Shown piece by piece: positions 27,454 through 41,086 of a DNA stretch of 64,000 bases. Position 1 is the first letter of the stretch. The number at the start of each line of letters is the position of its first letter. The translations under genes and the position numbers were made by a program. Origin of the DNA: Eledone cirrhosa (Eukaryota); the NCBI GenBank assembly GCA_964016885.1, contig OZ024740.1:10726001-10790000 (forward strand), given 5' to 3'. The notes under the pieces were generated by a model. The model searched no databases and had not been told where the DNA came from. It saw only the letters and a program-made list of their open reading frames with translations.

Positions 27454-28043
27454 ATACAAAGTAAAAACCTACTACAGTCAGTAGGCATCTCTATCAAAAC
27501 ACACCCCCTTCCCACCACCTCCACCCCATCCACACCGCCCCTTTCAATGTAAAGTTATGTTGGTACCACAATATCCAGGCCGAAACAAATGAGATCGTGT
27601 AGGTGTCACGACAAAAAAAACACACAGTCCACGCTGTAAATGTGGCCGTGTAGGCAACACGGTAAAAACCTCCCAGCCCCACACTGTAAATGTGGTTGGT
27701 GTTAGGAAGGGCATCCAACTGTAGAAAACCTGCCAGACAGTCCTATGCGAGCAAGACAATCACTCTTGCCTCAAGTGGGAAAACCCCCGTCCAAACCCAT
27801 GCAAGCGTGGAACACGGACGCTAAACCTGATGATGATGACGATGATGATATATATATAGTCTATCAATGTTCTTTCATCACCCACCTGTGACATCATCAG
27901 TGGTACTATTATATTTCCTGCCGTTGTATTGTAATATTTACTTATTCTATTTCAAATAGAATAAGTAAATATTAGCTTTGAGTAAAAATTCCCAACTTCC
28001 TTAAAAGTCAATAACAGATTGACATCACCATCACGTATTACAG

Positions 28044-28176
28044 GCTCGAAGAGGTACCGAACGTGTTCTACAGGTAAAGAACATTCTTTACTACCTTTCT
28101 GATATGAACCAATTAAGAAATAGAAAGGAACGGATTGTTACGTCTATTGAACTAGAAAAACCCGAGAAAGAATTTG
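28044..28176 (+). CDS. KHK: Ketohexokinase-like gene, internal exon (homolog of exon 5)
   Basis: ttacag|...|gtaagt, phase-0 start. Encodes ARRGTERVLQVKNIL...ERIVTSIELEKPEKEF, cf. GRNASEQVKML...KIRVSVEVEKPREEL. Confidence 0.85.
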
Positions 28177-28254
28177 GTAAGTTAAAGTTTCATGAAGTCC
28201 TAAACAGAAAGTAAATATTATAGATAAGTAAATGATATTATTATACTACATTGA

Positions 28255-28630
28255 CGCATAGAGTTACAACCCTTGCCATTGTGACTTCAAATCCCACCGA
28301 GGTTAACTTTGCCTTTCATCCTTACGGACTCGATAAAATAAAGTACCAGTAATGCACTAGGTATTTGCTGGTCTTGTGCCAAAAGTAGAAACAATTATTA
28401 TACTACATTGAAGGGCGGTGAATTGGCAGTATCGGTAGAGGGTCGGACGCCATGCTTTGCAGCATAGAGTTACGGCCCTTAATGATCTGAGTTGAAATTC
28501 AGCCGAGGTTAACTTAGCTTTTCATCCTGACTGGGTCGATAAAATAAAGTACCCGTCAGGCACTGGGGTCGATTTAATTGACTTTCCCCTTCCCCAAATT
28601 GCTGGCCTTGTGCCTATATAAGAAACCATT
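28255..28630 (+). mobile_element. Two tandem Meta-type SINEs
   Basis: Partial copy 28255-28400 and full copy 28412-28630. Confidence 0.8.
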
Positions 28631-29398
28631 ACACTACGTTGAGTAAACGTGGTGTATAGTATTTGCTCATCAGATCTGCATTGTTCAAAATGATTTTACT
28701 GTTTAATGGTTGGTATATATATTTCTCGCTGAATTTATATTTGTATTAATCTCCCGAGTCTAACAATTAACCAGTTAATTTGTTTTAGATAATTCTATTG
28801 ACTGATTAATTGCTTAAGTTTACTTTTAAAAACTACCCGGTCGAGAGCTTAATTCGATTTGTGCTGTTTTTGTAATTTTTCATTGATTTACACATACTGA
28901 ATTCATTTGCCAAAATCTGGGGTTTGTAGAGTTACGCACGTGCTTTTACTACTACATAACACTGTGTGATTCAGAATGCTGGCGCCGCAGAACAAAATAC
29001 CTGTTGACAAAGTGACAGCCTTGTTCGATCATTATACCAAAAGCTTATTATTTTAAGCAGACAGTATAATTGATTTAGGTGTCACAGAAACCCTGTACTG
29101 GATTATACCATCATTTCCAAGGGGTCAGGGTGAATATTTCATTTATTTTGTTTGACCCGTTTAGCTTGCCTCGTCTTTTTGGGTTAGGTGGTTGATAGCT
29201 TCTTAACCGCCATCTCAGTTTGTATGACCTTTATAACCTATGTTTATTGCTCTGGTCTCTTTTGGTCCATGGAGCACTTGCCAGCATAACTCGGATATTG
29301 CGTTTCGCTTATTTTCGACCTGCCGAAATACGATTCTCATTGAATTTATATTTATATATTTATATATATATTGGAGTAGTTATATATATTGTGTTCAC

Positions 29399-29486
<88 letters not shown>

Positions 29487-29592
29487 ATAATACTAAGGTG
29501 TCCTACACGAGTGAAAATATAAAGAAAAAAGATGAAATCGAAAATGCAACTGGAGTCTTATTTTTTTTTTAAATATATATATTTATTTGGTT

Positions 29593-29627
29593 CCTTTACC
29601 GGTTTCGCAGTTCTGCTTTTCAAAAGG
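29593..29627 (-). ncRNA. Minimal hammerhead with U3:A8 core variant
   Basis: Minus strand CCTT-TTGAAAA-GCA gaac TGC-GAAA-CCGG-TA-AAGG. Confidence 0.7.
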
Positions 29628-29989
29628 GGAGTTGAGATGGAGGGTCTGTTGTTTTTCTCACATCTGGTTGGTCTCTGAATGTTACTTGTTTTATATGGAA
29701 AAAGTGGCTCGAAAAGCCAGGTTTTTCGAGAAGTAATTTGATTCGTTTGTCAATAATTATAATAATTTTCGCGCCAGTTCGCGTTACAATAGTTCTTCAA
29801 ATAAGAGGGGGAGGGGGGGTTGTCACAGGTTGTTTTTTCATATATGAGTGTTTGAATTTCTTTTTGCTTGCAAAAAGGGGCTCACGAAGGCTTTTTTGGG
29901 TTGGTTATAAATGAAATTATGGCTGTCACGTGAACAAGTTTTCATTAAATTTACGTGCCCTTATTTGGAAATCCATTCTGTAGCCTTTT

Positions 29990-30940
<951 letters not shown>

Positions 30941-31512
30941 ATCCCAGTACAACCTGTCTCATGGTCGGGTCGTTGGCGACTAAACTGGCAACCCCACCAA
31001 GGTTTCTTGGTGAGGAGGCTGACTTTGGACATCCTGCAGGACTAAAAACAAAACCTGTCAAAGGGCAAAGGAGCTCTTAAGAGTCAATGGCCATCCAAAA
31101 TCACAGGGAGAGATGACCCCTTAGCCTTTGTCAAGGCAGAATTCTAGGAGAAGGAAAACTCTGATCTAACACCTGCAACCCTGATGGTATCCAATGATGT
31201 TGACTTGTTCTTCTTTTTGGTAAATATCATCTTGGTTAAGAGAGTGGGACTGGCTTTGTGCAGTGCCTTTGCTCACTATAAAAGCTTCACGGCACAGGCA
31301 TTGCTTTATATCTGGAGATCTTTCTGCACTTGTCGTCACATGGTACCATGGGGCCAGCACTATGTGTCAATGATTGTCACAAGTGTAGTGTTTGTACCAG
31401 AGTTTTCAAGTCGCTGGCTGGACTAAAAAGTCACTCGTTCAGCCCATCAGTAGGGGTTCTCCTACATGGATATAAAGTAGTGGCCGTACTCGAAAACGAG
31501 TTGGCAGCCACC
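30941..31512 (+). mobile_element. Short non-autonomous RTE-related element (5' head + C-terminal C2H2-like remnant)
   Basis: Encodes [20 protein letters not shown]; second, 5'-truncated copy on the minus strand at 50328-50733. Confidence 0.6.
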
Positions 31513-31645
31513 ATGTATATATATATGTATATATGTGTGTGTGTGTGTGTGTCTATATGTGTTTGTGTGGCTCTGTGTGTGTATTTATATATGTGTATGT
31601 GTGTATATATGTGTGTATGTGTGTGTGTGTATATATATATGTATG

Positions 31646-31678
<33 letters not shown>

Positions 31679-32048
31679 ATGTATATATATATGTATATAT
31701 ATATACATATATGTATATGTGTACATGTATATGTGTATATGTGTGTATATGTAGGTGTATGTATGTATGTGTGAATGTGTGTATATATATATATGTATGT
31801 GTGTATGTGTGTACGTATGTGTGTGTATATATGTGTGTATATATATATGTATATATGTATATATATATATATGTATATATATATATTGTTATACTTTGGG
31901 AGGGTCATGTTGCCAATAAGAAACACACGCACCAGTTGCTTTCACTTCAATTTATTATATATTTATAAATTCATAAATTTACAAATCTACAAACTTATAA
32001 ATTTCTGGTTGGTTGGTTGGTTCCACAACCAGATAGTTGTTTATATAT

Positions 32049-32093
32049 AGTCATAGTCCTTTCGTCACACACTCTGTGACCTCTTCAGTGACT
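32049..32093 (-). ncRNA. Minimal type-I hammerhead (inverted pLTR copy)
   Basis: Reverse complement of the motif at 33149-33193. Confidence 0.8.
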
Positions 32094-33148
32094 GGGGATT
32101 CCTTTCTTTGTTTCTGTGCCTTTCCTTTCTTCTATCCTACGCCATTTTGTTTCTGTGTGTGTGTTGTGTGCTCAGTTTGCGCATGCGCCACATCCGGGTG
32201 TCTGTGTGTGTTTGTGTTCATTTATCTATTTGTTTATTTATTTATTTATTTATTTATTGTTGGTTGGTTGTTTGTTCTATGTGTGTGTGTGTTTTCATTT
32301 TGTCCTGTGTGTTTTCATTTTGTCCTTAATTGTAAGTCATGTATAGATAAGAAATTTGTTTATTTATTTATTTATTTATTGTTGGTTGGTTGTTTGTTCT
32401 ATGTGTGTGTGTGTTTTCATTTTGTCCTGTGTGTGTTTTCATTTTGTCCTTAATTGTAAGTCATGTATAGATAAGAAATGTATAACCTGTAAAATAAGCC
32501 CCCATATTAACTGTAAAACTAGAAATGTAGTGTATAGCATAAGATGTACTGAAGGACAATGTAGAAACAAAAATATAGTGTACATAGGTGAGACAGCTCG
32601 TAGTATAGGGGAACGAATAAATGAACACTGGCGAGACCTTCAAGATAATAAAGAATCATCTGTGCTCTACCAACATGCTAAGATAGAACACAGGGGTAGA
32701 TTAGAGAACATAGAAATAAAAATAGAATCCACACACAGAAAAGATGCAATGTTTAGGCAAATTACAGAGGCAGTAAGCATAAAAGAATTACAACCAAAAT
32801 TAAATAGAAAATATGAGTGGAACAGCAACATCACAACTTACAATTAAGGACAAAATGAAAACACACACAGGACAAAATGAAAACACACACACACATAGAA
32901 CAAACAACTTACAATTAAGGACAAAATGAAAACACACACAGGACAAATTGAAAACACACACACACATAGAACAAACAACCAACCAACAATAAATAAATGA
33001 ATAAATAAACAAATAGATAAAGGAACACAAACACACACAGACACCCGGATGTGGCGCATGCGCAAACTGAGCACACAACACACACACAGAAACAAAATGG
33101 CGTAGGATAGAAGAAAGGAAAGGCACAGAAACAAAGAAAGGAATCCCC

Positions 33149-33193
33149 AGTCACTGAAGAGGTCACAGAGTGTGTGACGAAAGGACTATGACT
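33149..33193 (+). ncRNA. Minimal type-I hammerhead (PLE family 1)
   Basis: AGTCA-CTGAAGA-stem II-GAAA-G ga C-TA-TGACT. Confidence 0.8.
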
Positions 33194-34007
33194 ATTATAA
33201 ACAACTATCTGGTTGTGGAACCAACCAACCAACCAGAAATTTATAAGTTTGTAGATTTGTAAATTTATAAATATATAATAAATTGAAGTGAAAGCAACTG
33301 GTGCGTGTGTTTCTTATTGGCAACATGACCCTCCCAAAGTATAACAATATCGGTTTCAACACACGATTTCAGATAAAGAATCTTGCTAAACAAATTCAGA
33401 AACGAAATATATATATATATATGTATATATATATGTGTATGTATGTGTATATATATGTGTGTGTATATGTATATATATATGTATATGTATGTATGTGTAT
33501 ATATTTATATATGGATATATGTATGTGTGGGTGTATGTGGTTGCGCGCGAGTGTGTGAGTGAGTGTGTTTGTGAATGTGTCTGTTGATTTTTGGAATATA
33601 GTTGAATAGTTTAAGAGAAATTTGAAGATAATGGTATGATATTCACTCTATATTTTGAATTGGTCTATAGAATTCTCTAGCCCTTTGTCACTTAGTAGAA
33701 CCTTAAAGAATTTAGCTTTTAAAGAATCTCCCTTTTCCTTAAATCCATCAACCATGACTGACTCCCAAATAGACACCTGATATCTAGGCATTGTTAGCTT
33801 AAGAGAAACTTAAAAATAAGGAGTGGCACCCCATCCCGAATTTGTTTATAGAATTCTTTGTTACTCTAAAAATAAACTATAGCTTTGAAGAATTAGCTTT
33901 TAATGAATTCCCTTTTCTATCAACCAATGACCTACACCCATCCAACTCCCTACCCTCTCCTACCACCTGAAGAGACCTATAAATACCATACTTATTTTTT
34001 GATACCC

Positions 34008-34058
34008 AGATTCCTGATGATTTCTAAAGAATGAAACAGTTCTAGTCCTGTAGAATCT
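34008..34058 (+). ncRNA. Type-I hammerhead ribozyme, PLE family 2 upstream pLTR
   Basis: AGATTC-CTGATGA-T TTC taaa GAA T-GAAA-CAG ttctagtc CTG-TA-GAATCT. Confidence 0.88.
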
Positions 34059-34110
34059 CATCTATATTAAAACTTTTATACGCTGCAATGTATTGAGTAC
34101 CTAACTTACT

Positions 34111-36337
34111 GTGGTTACCTCCGACTCAACCCGGAATAACGTACCCTTTAGCACTTTCTGTGCCCCTTATAACCATCATCAAGAAACTATGCTGACCAAA
34201 CTCGATCTTGATGTCTCCATGAAGAACATCCCTATCCCCCCAAGGAAACTATACCTAAAAACACTCATCAGACGTACCGACGAGTTCATCAAGCGAATTA
34301 GATGGAGGGCCTTCTTCCTCGACAACCCTGATGTAGCATCTACCAATGATGAGAAGTTCGGCTTCAAAACGAATAAGACACCACCCACCAACAGCCTACT
34401 TCAACCATTTGAAGAAGACCTCTTCAAGATGATTAAAGATATCAAATTCCGTAGAACTACCACACCAGTCCAGGCCTACTTAAATGCCGAATTGCAGAAT
34501 ATAAAAAAATCCCCTAATCTTTATGTCTCCTCCGATAAAACCAAAAACGTTTATGAGGTAGACCCACAGGCCTACAATAAGCTGGCAAAAAATGCCATCA
34601 CGACCACCTACAAAAAGGTAATAGAGATGGCATTGACTGAGACAAACGCGGCCGGAAAAGAAATCGCCAAGTCCCTTAAATTACACGACCGAACCGAACC
34701 TTTAAGGGTAAAGACCCCGCACTTTACCCTGAAGGACCATAAGGGAAACTTCCTCAACAAACCATCAGTCAGACTTATCAACCCCACTCCTTCAGGCATC
34801 GGCTCTATCAGTAAGAAGATCCTGGATAGAGTTCTACTATCATTGCGGGCTGCCTCACCACTCCCACTCCGGAGCAGAACATCTGAGGCAATATCCTGGT
34901 TCCAAGAATTACTCGATAAACACCACACTCGCTTCCTGCAACTCGACATAGAAAACTACTATGCCTCTATCTCGGAGCCCCTCCTGAAGGACGCAATTAA
35001 ATTTGCCAGGAATTTTACCACCATTACCGATGATGAGCAAGTTGTTATCCTCCACGCCCGTAAGACCTTTCTATACCACGATGGATCTTACTGGATCAAC
35101 ATGAAATCTCAGACCCCATTTGACGTTAGCATGGAAGCGAGTGACTCGGCTGAAATTAGCGACCTTGTGGGCTTGTACATCCTACATCATCTGAAGAACC
35201 TCTTTACCGGCCTAACCGGAGGTTTATATCGAGACGACGGCCTCTTCGCCCTGCACAAGGTTAACCCCAGAACCACCGATGGGTTTCGGAAAAACTTAAG
35301 CTCGTTCTTCTCTAATCTAGGATTTAGTATAACTATAGAATCTAATTTGACTAGGGCCAACTTCTTAGATGTCACTCTCGACCTAGATACTTCCCTCTAT
35401 TACCCGTACCACAAACCTAACGAGTCCCTTAGATATATTAATGGTAATTCAAACCACCCCCAAAACATCACTGATAACTTAGTAAAAAGCGTCTCTATTA
35501 GAATATCTGGCCTCTCCGCCAACAAAGATATTTTTAACGCCTCTGCCTCCTACTACAATGACACCATCGCCCGCAGCGGATTTAAAGAAAAGATAACCTA
35601 CCTAGAAACCACCACAAGATTGCAGAGGAGGAATAGGCATAGGCAGATTAGCTGGTACAACCCTCCCTTCAATAGAGAACCCTACACCGATAGCTAGGAT
35701 TTTCTTCACTTTGCTGAAAATACACTTCCCCATACAACATAGGTACCACACCATCTTTAATAAGAACACAATAAGACTCTCCTACTCCACCACACCTAAC
35801 CTAGCTAGGAATATAGCCAACCACAATTCTAAAAAATTAAATAAGCCAACCACCTCCGAACCCAATCCCTGGACTGGGGCTTTGTGTAATTGCCTAAATA
35901 AGGAAGCATGCCCACTTGAAAACAAATGCCTCACAAATGATATCGTATACAAATGCGATGTCATCTCAGGCACCGATGATTGCAATAACAAATAAACTTA
36001 CATCGGCATGACTTCCAATAATTTTAAGACCCGTTGGTATGCCCATACCCACTCATTCAGAAGACCGGACAAATCAAACCAGACAACACTCGCCTCCTAT
36101 GTTTGGGACCTCAAAAGGAACTCCACCCCCTTCACACTTAAATGGAAAATACTCCATAAAGCGCGCTTTTACAACAGAGGACACAAGGGCTGCGACCTTT
36201 GTATCTCAGAGAGATACAAAATTTTATTCGCCAAGGGCCCGCTACTGAACAAACTCTCTGAACACTACCCGAACTGCATGCACAAGAACTTTGCAACTTT
36301 CAAATACTTTAAGCCAGTGTTAAAGCCTGATGGCTAA
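34111..36337 (+). pseudogene. PLE family 2 RT + C-terminal GIY-YIG (Naiad-like), one frameshift (~35690) and one stop (35993)
   Basis: DKTKN, LYRDDGL, NFLDVTL, YHKPN, WYNPPF, CNC..CPL..C, IVYKC..TYIGMT. The clade assignment is an inference from motifs. Confidence 0.88.
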
Positions 36338-36549
36338 AAACGACCTCCTCCTATTAGTCCCTATACCTCCTTCCCACCCTCCCCCACCCCTCCTCAACCT
36401 GAAATACGGCCACTATGGTTATGTGAGTACCTCTTACCTATCTGCATTTTCTGCCTGTAGCGCTGTTTTTATGTGCCTGTGTATATGCGTATATTTATTG
36501 AGTACTTATTTATTTGTATGTGTGTATATATATATATATATATGTGTGT

Positions 36550-39500
36550 CATCATCATCATCATCATCACCGTTTTACGTCCGTTCTTCCACGCTAGCAT
36601 GGGTTAGACGGGTTGTCCTGTTGTGGGCAGTGTCTGGTCGGCTGACCATGCCTTGCTCATACAGGAACTGATCTGGCTTGATTTCTACAGCTGGATGCCC
36701 TTCCTAACACCAACCTCATTTACAGTGAGTGCTGGGTGCTTTTTCGTGGCGCCTACACGTCCACTTTACAGTGTGGGCTGGGTGCTTTTTTGCCGTGGCA
36801 CCTCCACGACCACCTTGCGGTGGGGGGAGTGGGGGCATATTGTTTATATGCTTCAGCATGTACCCATGGGAGGTCGGGTACCCTGTATTACTGCGTGACG
36901 CCAGAAGTCACGGTCGTGTGTCATTGACTTTGAGAGGTGTAGTTGGGTAAGGTCGGCTTTTATCACCTCATCCCAAGTCATCTTGGGTCTCCCCACTCCG
37001 CGGTTTCCATCAACTTCTAGTGCTCTGCACCTTTTTATGCAGCTGTCATCCTTCATACGCATCACATGTCCATACCAGCGTAACCGCCTCTCCTGCACGC
37101 AGCATTTGATTCCTCTTATGCTCAGTCTCTCTCTCAATTCCTTTATGCTTTGTCGTTCACGTATATTACTGTTACACATCCATCGGAGCATGCAAGCTTC
37201 GTTTCTCTCTAATCTACGTAAGTCTTCCACCTTCAGCGCCCAGGTCTCACTACCATGCAACATCGCTGTTCGGATACACGCATCATACAGTCTGCCTTTC
37301 ATTCTGAGGGAGAAGCCTTTTCCAGCTAGCAGTGGTAGTAGTTCCCTAAACTTTTTCCATCCCGTTCTTACCCTAGTTATTGTACTTTCTGAGCACCCAC
37401 CTCCGTTGCTAATTCGGTCACCTAGGTAGCAGAAGCTGTCTACTGTTTCTACAGGGCCCTCCCAGAGATTGGTGGTACTTGTTTCCTGTGGCTGTTTGCT
37501 TGCTGTTTCAGCACAGCTGCTGCATGTGAATCCTACATTCTTAATTAAACTTCCTGAGATCCCGCTACATCTCTTGTGTACCCATTGTTTGCATTTGGGG
37601 CAGAGAATGGAGTTCCTACCTACACCTTTCCTACATACTGAGCAAGGCCATTTCCCTGAGGGGATCTGGGTTCTGTTTTCTCGTCTACTTACAAGGACCT
37701 TAGTCTTTGTCATGTTGACTTTGAGGCCCTTTCTCTCTAGTCCCTGCTTCCAGGTTTGGAATTTATTCTCTAGTTCTACCATAGATTCAGCTATGAGTGC
37801 GAGGTCATCAGCATACAGGAGTTCCCATGGGCATCCGGTCTTAAACTCCTCTGTTATTGCCTGCAGGACTATGATGAACAGGAGAGGGCTAAGAACAGAG
37901 CCCTGGTGGACCCCAACCTGTACGCTAAATTCCTCGCTATACTCATTGCTAATCCTAACTTTGCTGACTGCTCCCCTATACATGGCTTGTACCGCTTTCA
38001 CAAGCCATTCATCTACTCCTAGTTTTCTAAGAGCCCACCAGATTACTGCACGTGGAACTCTGTCAAAGGCTTTCTCAAGGTCGACAAATGCCAAGTAGAG
38101 TGGCTTACTTTTAGCTAGGTACTTTTCCTGTAATTGCCTCACAAGGAAGAGGGCATCAGTGGTGCCTTTCCCTGGTACAAACCCAAATTGCATCTCGTCT
38201 ATATTCACCCGGTCCCTAATCAGCTGTGCTATAACTCTTTCTGTTACTTTCATGACCTGGTCCATCAACTTTATACCTCTATAGTTTCCTCTATCTAGTG
38301 CATCGCCTTTACCTTTGTAGCAGTTGACAATGATGCTACTGCACCAATCTTTTGGTATGGCCCCCTCTAGTATTACCTGGTTAATGATACGTGTGGTTAT
38401 AGTGTGACCTACAGACCTAGATGCCTTCAGCATCTCGGCAGCTATACCCGATGGACCGGTTGCCTTCCCTATCTTCATATCTCTGATTGCCTTACTTACT
38501 ACGCTGCCGCTGACTTGTACTGCTGGTCCCTCTATAGGGTCTACGTGGGGTAGGGTCTCTTCTTCCCATGCATTCTCCTCATTTAGTAATCTATCATAAT
38601 GACTCTTCCATGCATCTTTCTTCTCAGCACTTGTGAGGGCAAGCTCACCTTTATCATTCCGGATACACTTCTCTCCAATGACATCACAACTATCTCTGAC
38701 ACACTGCCTCGCAATCTTGAATACCTCCTGTTTCTGGTCCTCACGTTGTAAAACATGCTTGAATTTTCTATCCTCTGCTTCCCTCCTAGCTAAGTATACT
38801 TGTCGCCTAGCTTCCCTCTTGGTCTCTATGTAATGTACCCTGCTCCCCCCGTTCTTCCATTCTTTCCATGCCTGTCTCTTGGCCTTGACTGCTTCATCTA
38901 CCTTATTGTTCCACCACCAAGTCACTCTCCTCCTTAAATAGTGTTCTCAACCAGGGGGAGACAACTAGGCCTGGTCCATTATCCAACAGGGGGCGTAAGG
39001 CGTCTTACTACAGTCCCCCCTGCCAGATTTTCAAATCATCGAAAATCGATGTTATTACTCACACGTGGAGTAAGATGGCGAACAATGCAACAAGGGGGAG
39101 CTATTCGCTCTACCAATCTTACTCTAGCCACAAACCTCATCCGTCGCCTCTAGTAAGTTATTTTTTAGGAACTCCAAGTTCTCTTCTACGTTAAATGTCT
39201 CTATCTGTTCTTCTTTACTGTCGTAGGCGTTGAGTAAAATATCTTTAAATCTGTTACTGGTTGAGGGGACTTTCAGCTTCCAGATCTTTCTTCTCCAGGT
39301 TGGCCTCTGTTTCAGGGCTCGTCTAGTTCTGACCGTGAGGTCGCTGACAACTAAGCTATGTTGGGATGTACATTCCTCACTAGGGAAGGCTCTTGTGTTT
39401 ACGACCGTCCATCTGTCACGTCCTCTGATGAGGATAAAATCTAACTGACTAGAGTGCTCCCCTGATCTATAGGTGATCAGGTGGTTGTCGGGTTTTTTAA

Positions 39501-40143
39501 AGTTTGTGTTACATATCGACATGTCATTGGCGTTGCAGAATTCTAGAAGTCTGAATCCTTCCTCATTCCTTGTGCCAACTCCATGGCCTCCATGTACTCT
39601 ATTGAAGCCGTTGCAGTGTTTACCTACGTGTCCGTTAAAATCTCCTGCAATGATTAGGAAGTCCTTGTCGTCTGTTAGAGCAGTAGTGTGTATTAGGGAC
39701 TCGTAAAACCTATCCTTAAGTTCGTCTGGCAGCCCCGATTGGGGTGCGTAAGCTGATATTATTGTGGTAATTGTCTTATTCAGGACTAGCCTGAGTTTAA
39801 TGATTCTTGCATTTACCCTGTACACTGAGATTACTTTATCTACCCACTTGTCAGCTAATAGTATACCTACACCACCCATCCCATCGTCATTTCCCACCCA
39901 GAAAAATTTGTAGCACTGGCTTTTTCTTACAAGGACTCTAGCAGACCCTCCTCTCCATCTAGTCTCTTGCACACAGCATACATCAACTTCCTTTCGCTCT
40001 AGCATTTCTACGATTTCTCCTGCTCTTCCTTTCATTGAGCCTACATTGATGGTACCAACTCGGAGTTTTGGGCATTTGTCGACACTCGTAGGGGAGGGTC
40101 TCTGGGTTGGCGCTTCACGTGGGTGCTTGGTAGCTCGCAGATT
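36550..40143 (-). mobile_element. RTE LINE, second subfamily, near full-length, disrupted by a ~190-bp insert
   Basis: APE frame ~40140-39124, RT frame 38925-36853, (GAT)n tail at 36550-36568. Confidence 0.93.
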
Positions 40144-40181
40144 CATATATATGTGTATATATATATATGTATATATGTGTG

Positions 40182-40212
<31 letters not shown>

Positions 40213-40359
40213 GTATATGTAAGTGTATATATATATATGTGTATATATATGTGTGTATATGTATATATATATATGTGTATGTGTATGTATATATATGTAT
40301 GTATGTGTGTGTGTATATATGCGTATGTATGTGTGTATACATTTGTGTATATGTATACA

Positions 40360-40444
<85 letters not shown>

Positions 40445-40807
40445 ATATATATGTATATATATGTATATATATGTATGTATATATGGTAATGAAGAATCCT
40501 TGTTGGATAGTTTATCAATATAGACGTGAGGGAAAGTCCCTCATCTATTTACCATTTTCGTAAGTGAGAGGATAGGTACTCCATAGAATTTATAACAAGT
40601 GAGTGGGTGTGTGTGTAGACAAGATAATAACCACAACGAGAGTTCTATTCAACAATGTAAATAAGGATGATGTTTATTTTGTCTATTATGTGTTTGTTAT
40701 ATTACAAATGAAACAACATACCAATATAGACGTGATCAGTTGAAATGAAGGCAACGTATTACAATTGTCGTGGGTCACCAATGTAACGCCCACGTCTGGG
40801 TCACCAA

Positions 40808-41086
40808 TGTGACGGGACCAGTAAAGTGAAATCAGTTATGAGCCAGTGCTCGGCCAACACTATCCTTGTGGCTTCGGTATAGGAGTTCAGTGTATTGACA
40901 TCTGTGTGATCTCGTGGTCCAAAGGCTGTCTGCTGTTTCATGGTACAAAGGCCGTCTGCTGTTTGCTGTCTCCGTGGCTTGTCTGAGAAAGTAATACTGC
41001 TGCTTACTTAAATAGTGTTCTCAACCAGGGGGAGACAACTAGGCCTGGTCCATTATCCAACAGGGGGCGTAAGGCGTCTTACTACA
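40808..41086 (-). repeat. Gypsy LTR (279 bp, TG...CA)
   Basis: Minus strand: PPT GGCAGGGGGAC, then TGTAGT...GTCACA, followed by PBS-like TGGTGACCC. Confidence 0.7.

Larger units (their letters stand above)
23775..27849 (+). mobile_element. Apparently full-length RTE-clade LINE
   Basis: Single APE+RT ORF, 3' UTR shared with the other copies, (GAT)n tail. The 5' boundary is uncertain. Confidence 0.9.
31885..33348 (+). mobile_element. PLE family 1 insertion with inverted 5' pLTR
   Basis: 32463-33348 is the GIY-YIG + pLTR, near-identical to 11570-12333; 31885-32461 is its reverse-complemented 3' end. Confidence 0.9.

Noticed and set aside
28412-28510. tRNA genes
   Set aside because: A/B boxes only, no cloverleaf, and followed by a SINE core.
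28660-28960. Next KHK exon
   Set aside because: The candidate acceptors I tried hit stop codons within a few codons and show no KHK similarity.
34111-36337. Selenoprotein-type (UGA/SECIS) Naiad PLE
   Set aside because: The interruptions are a frameshift and a TAA. The Cys positions are normal codons, with no in-frame UGA.
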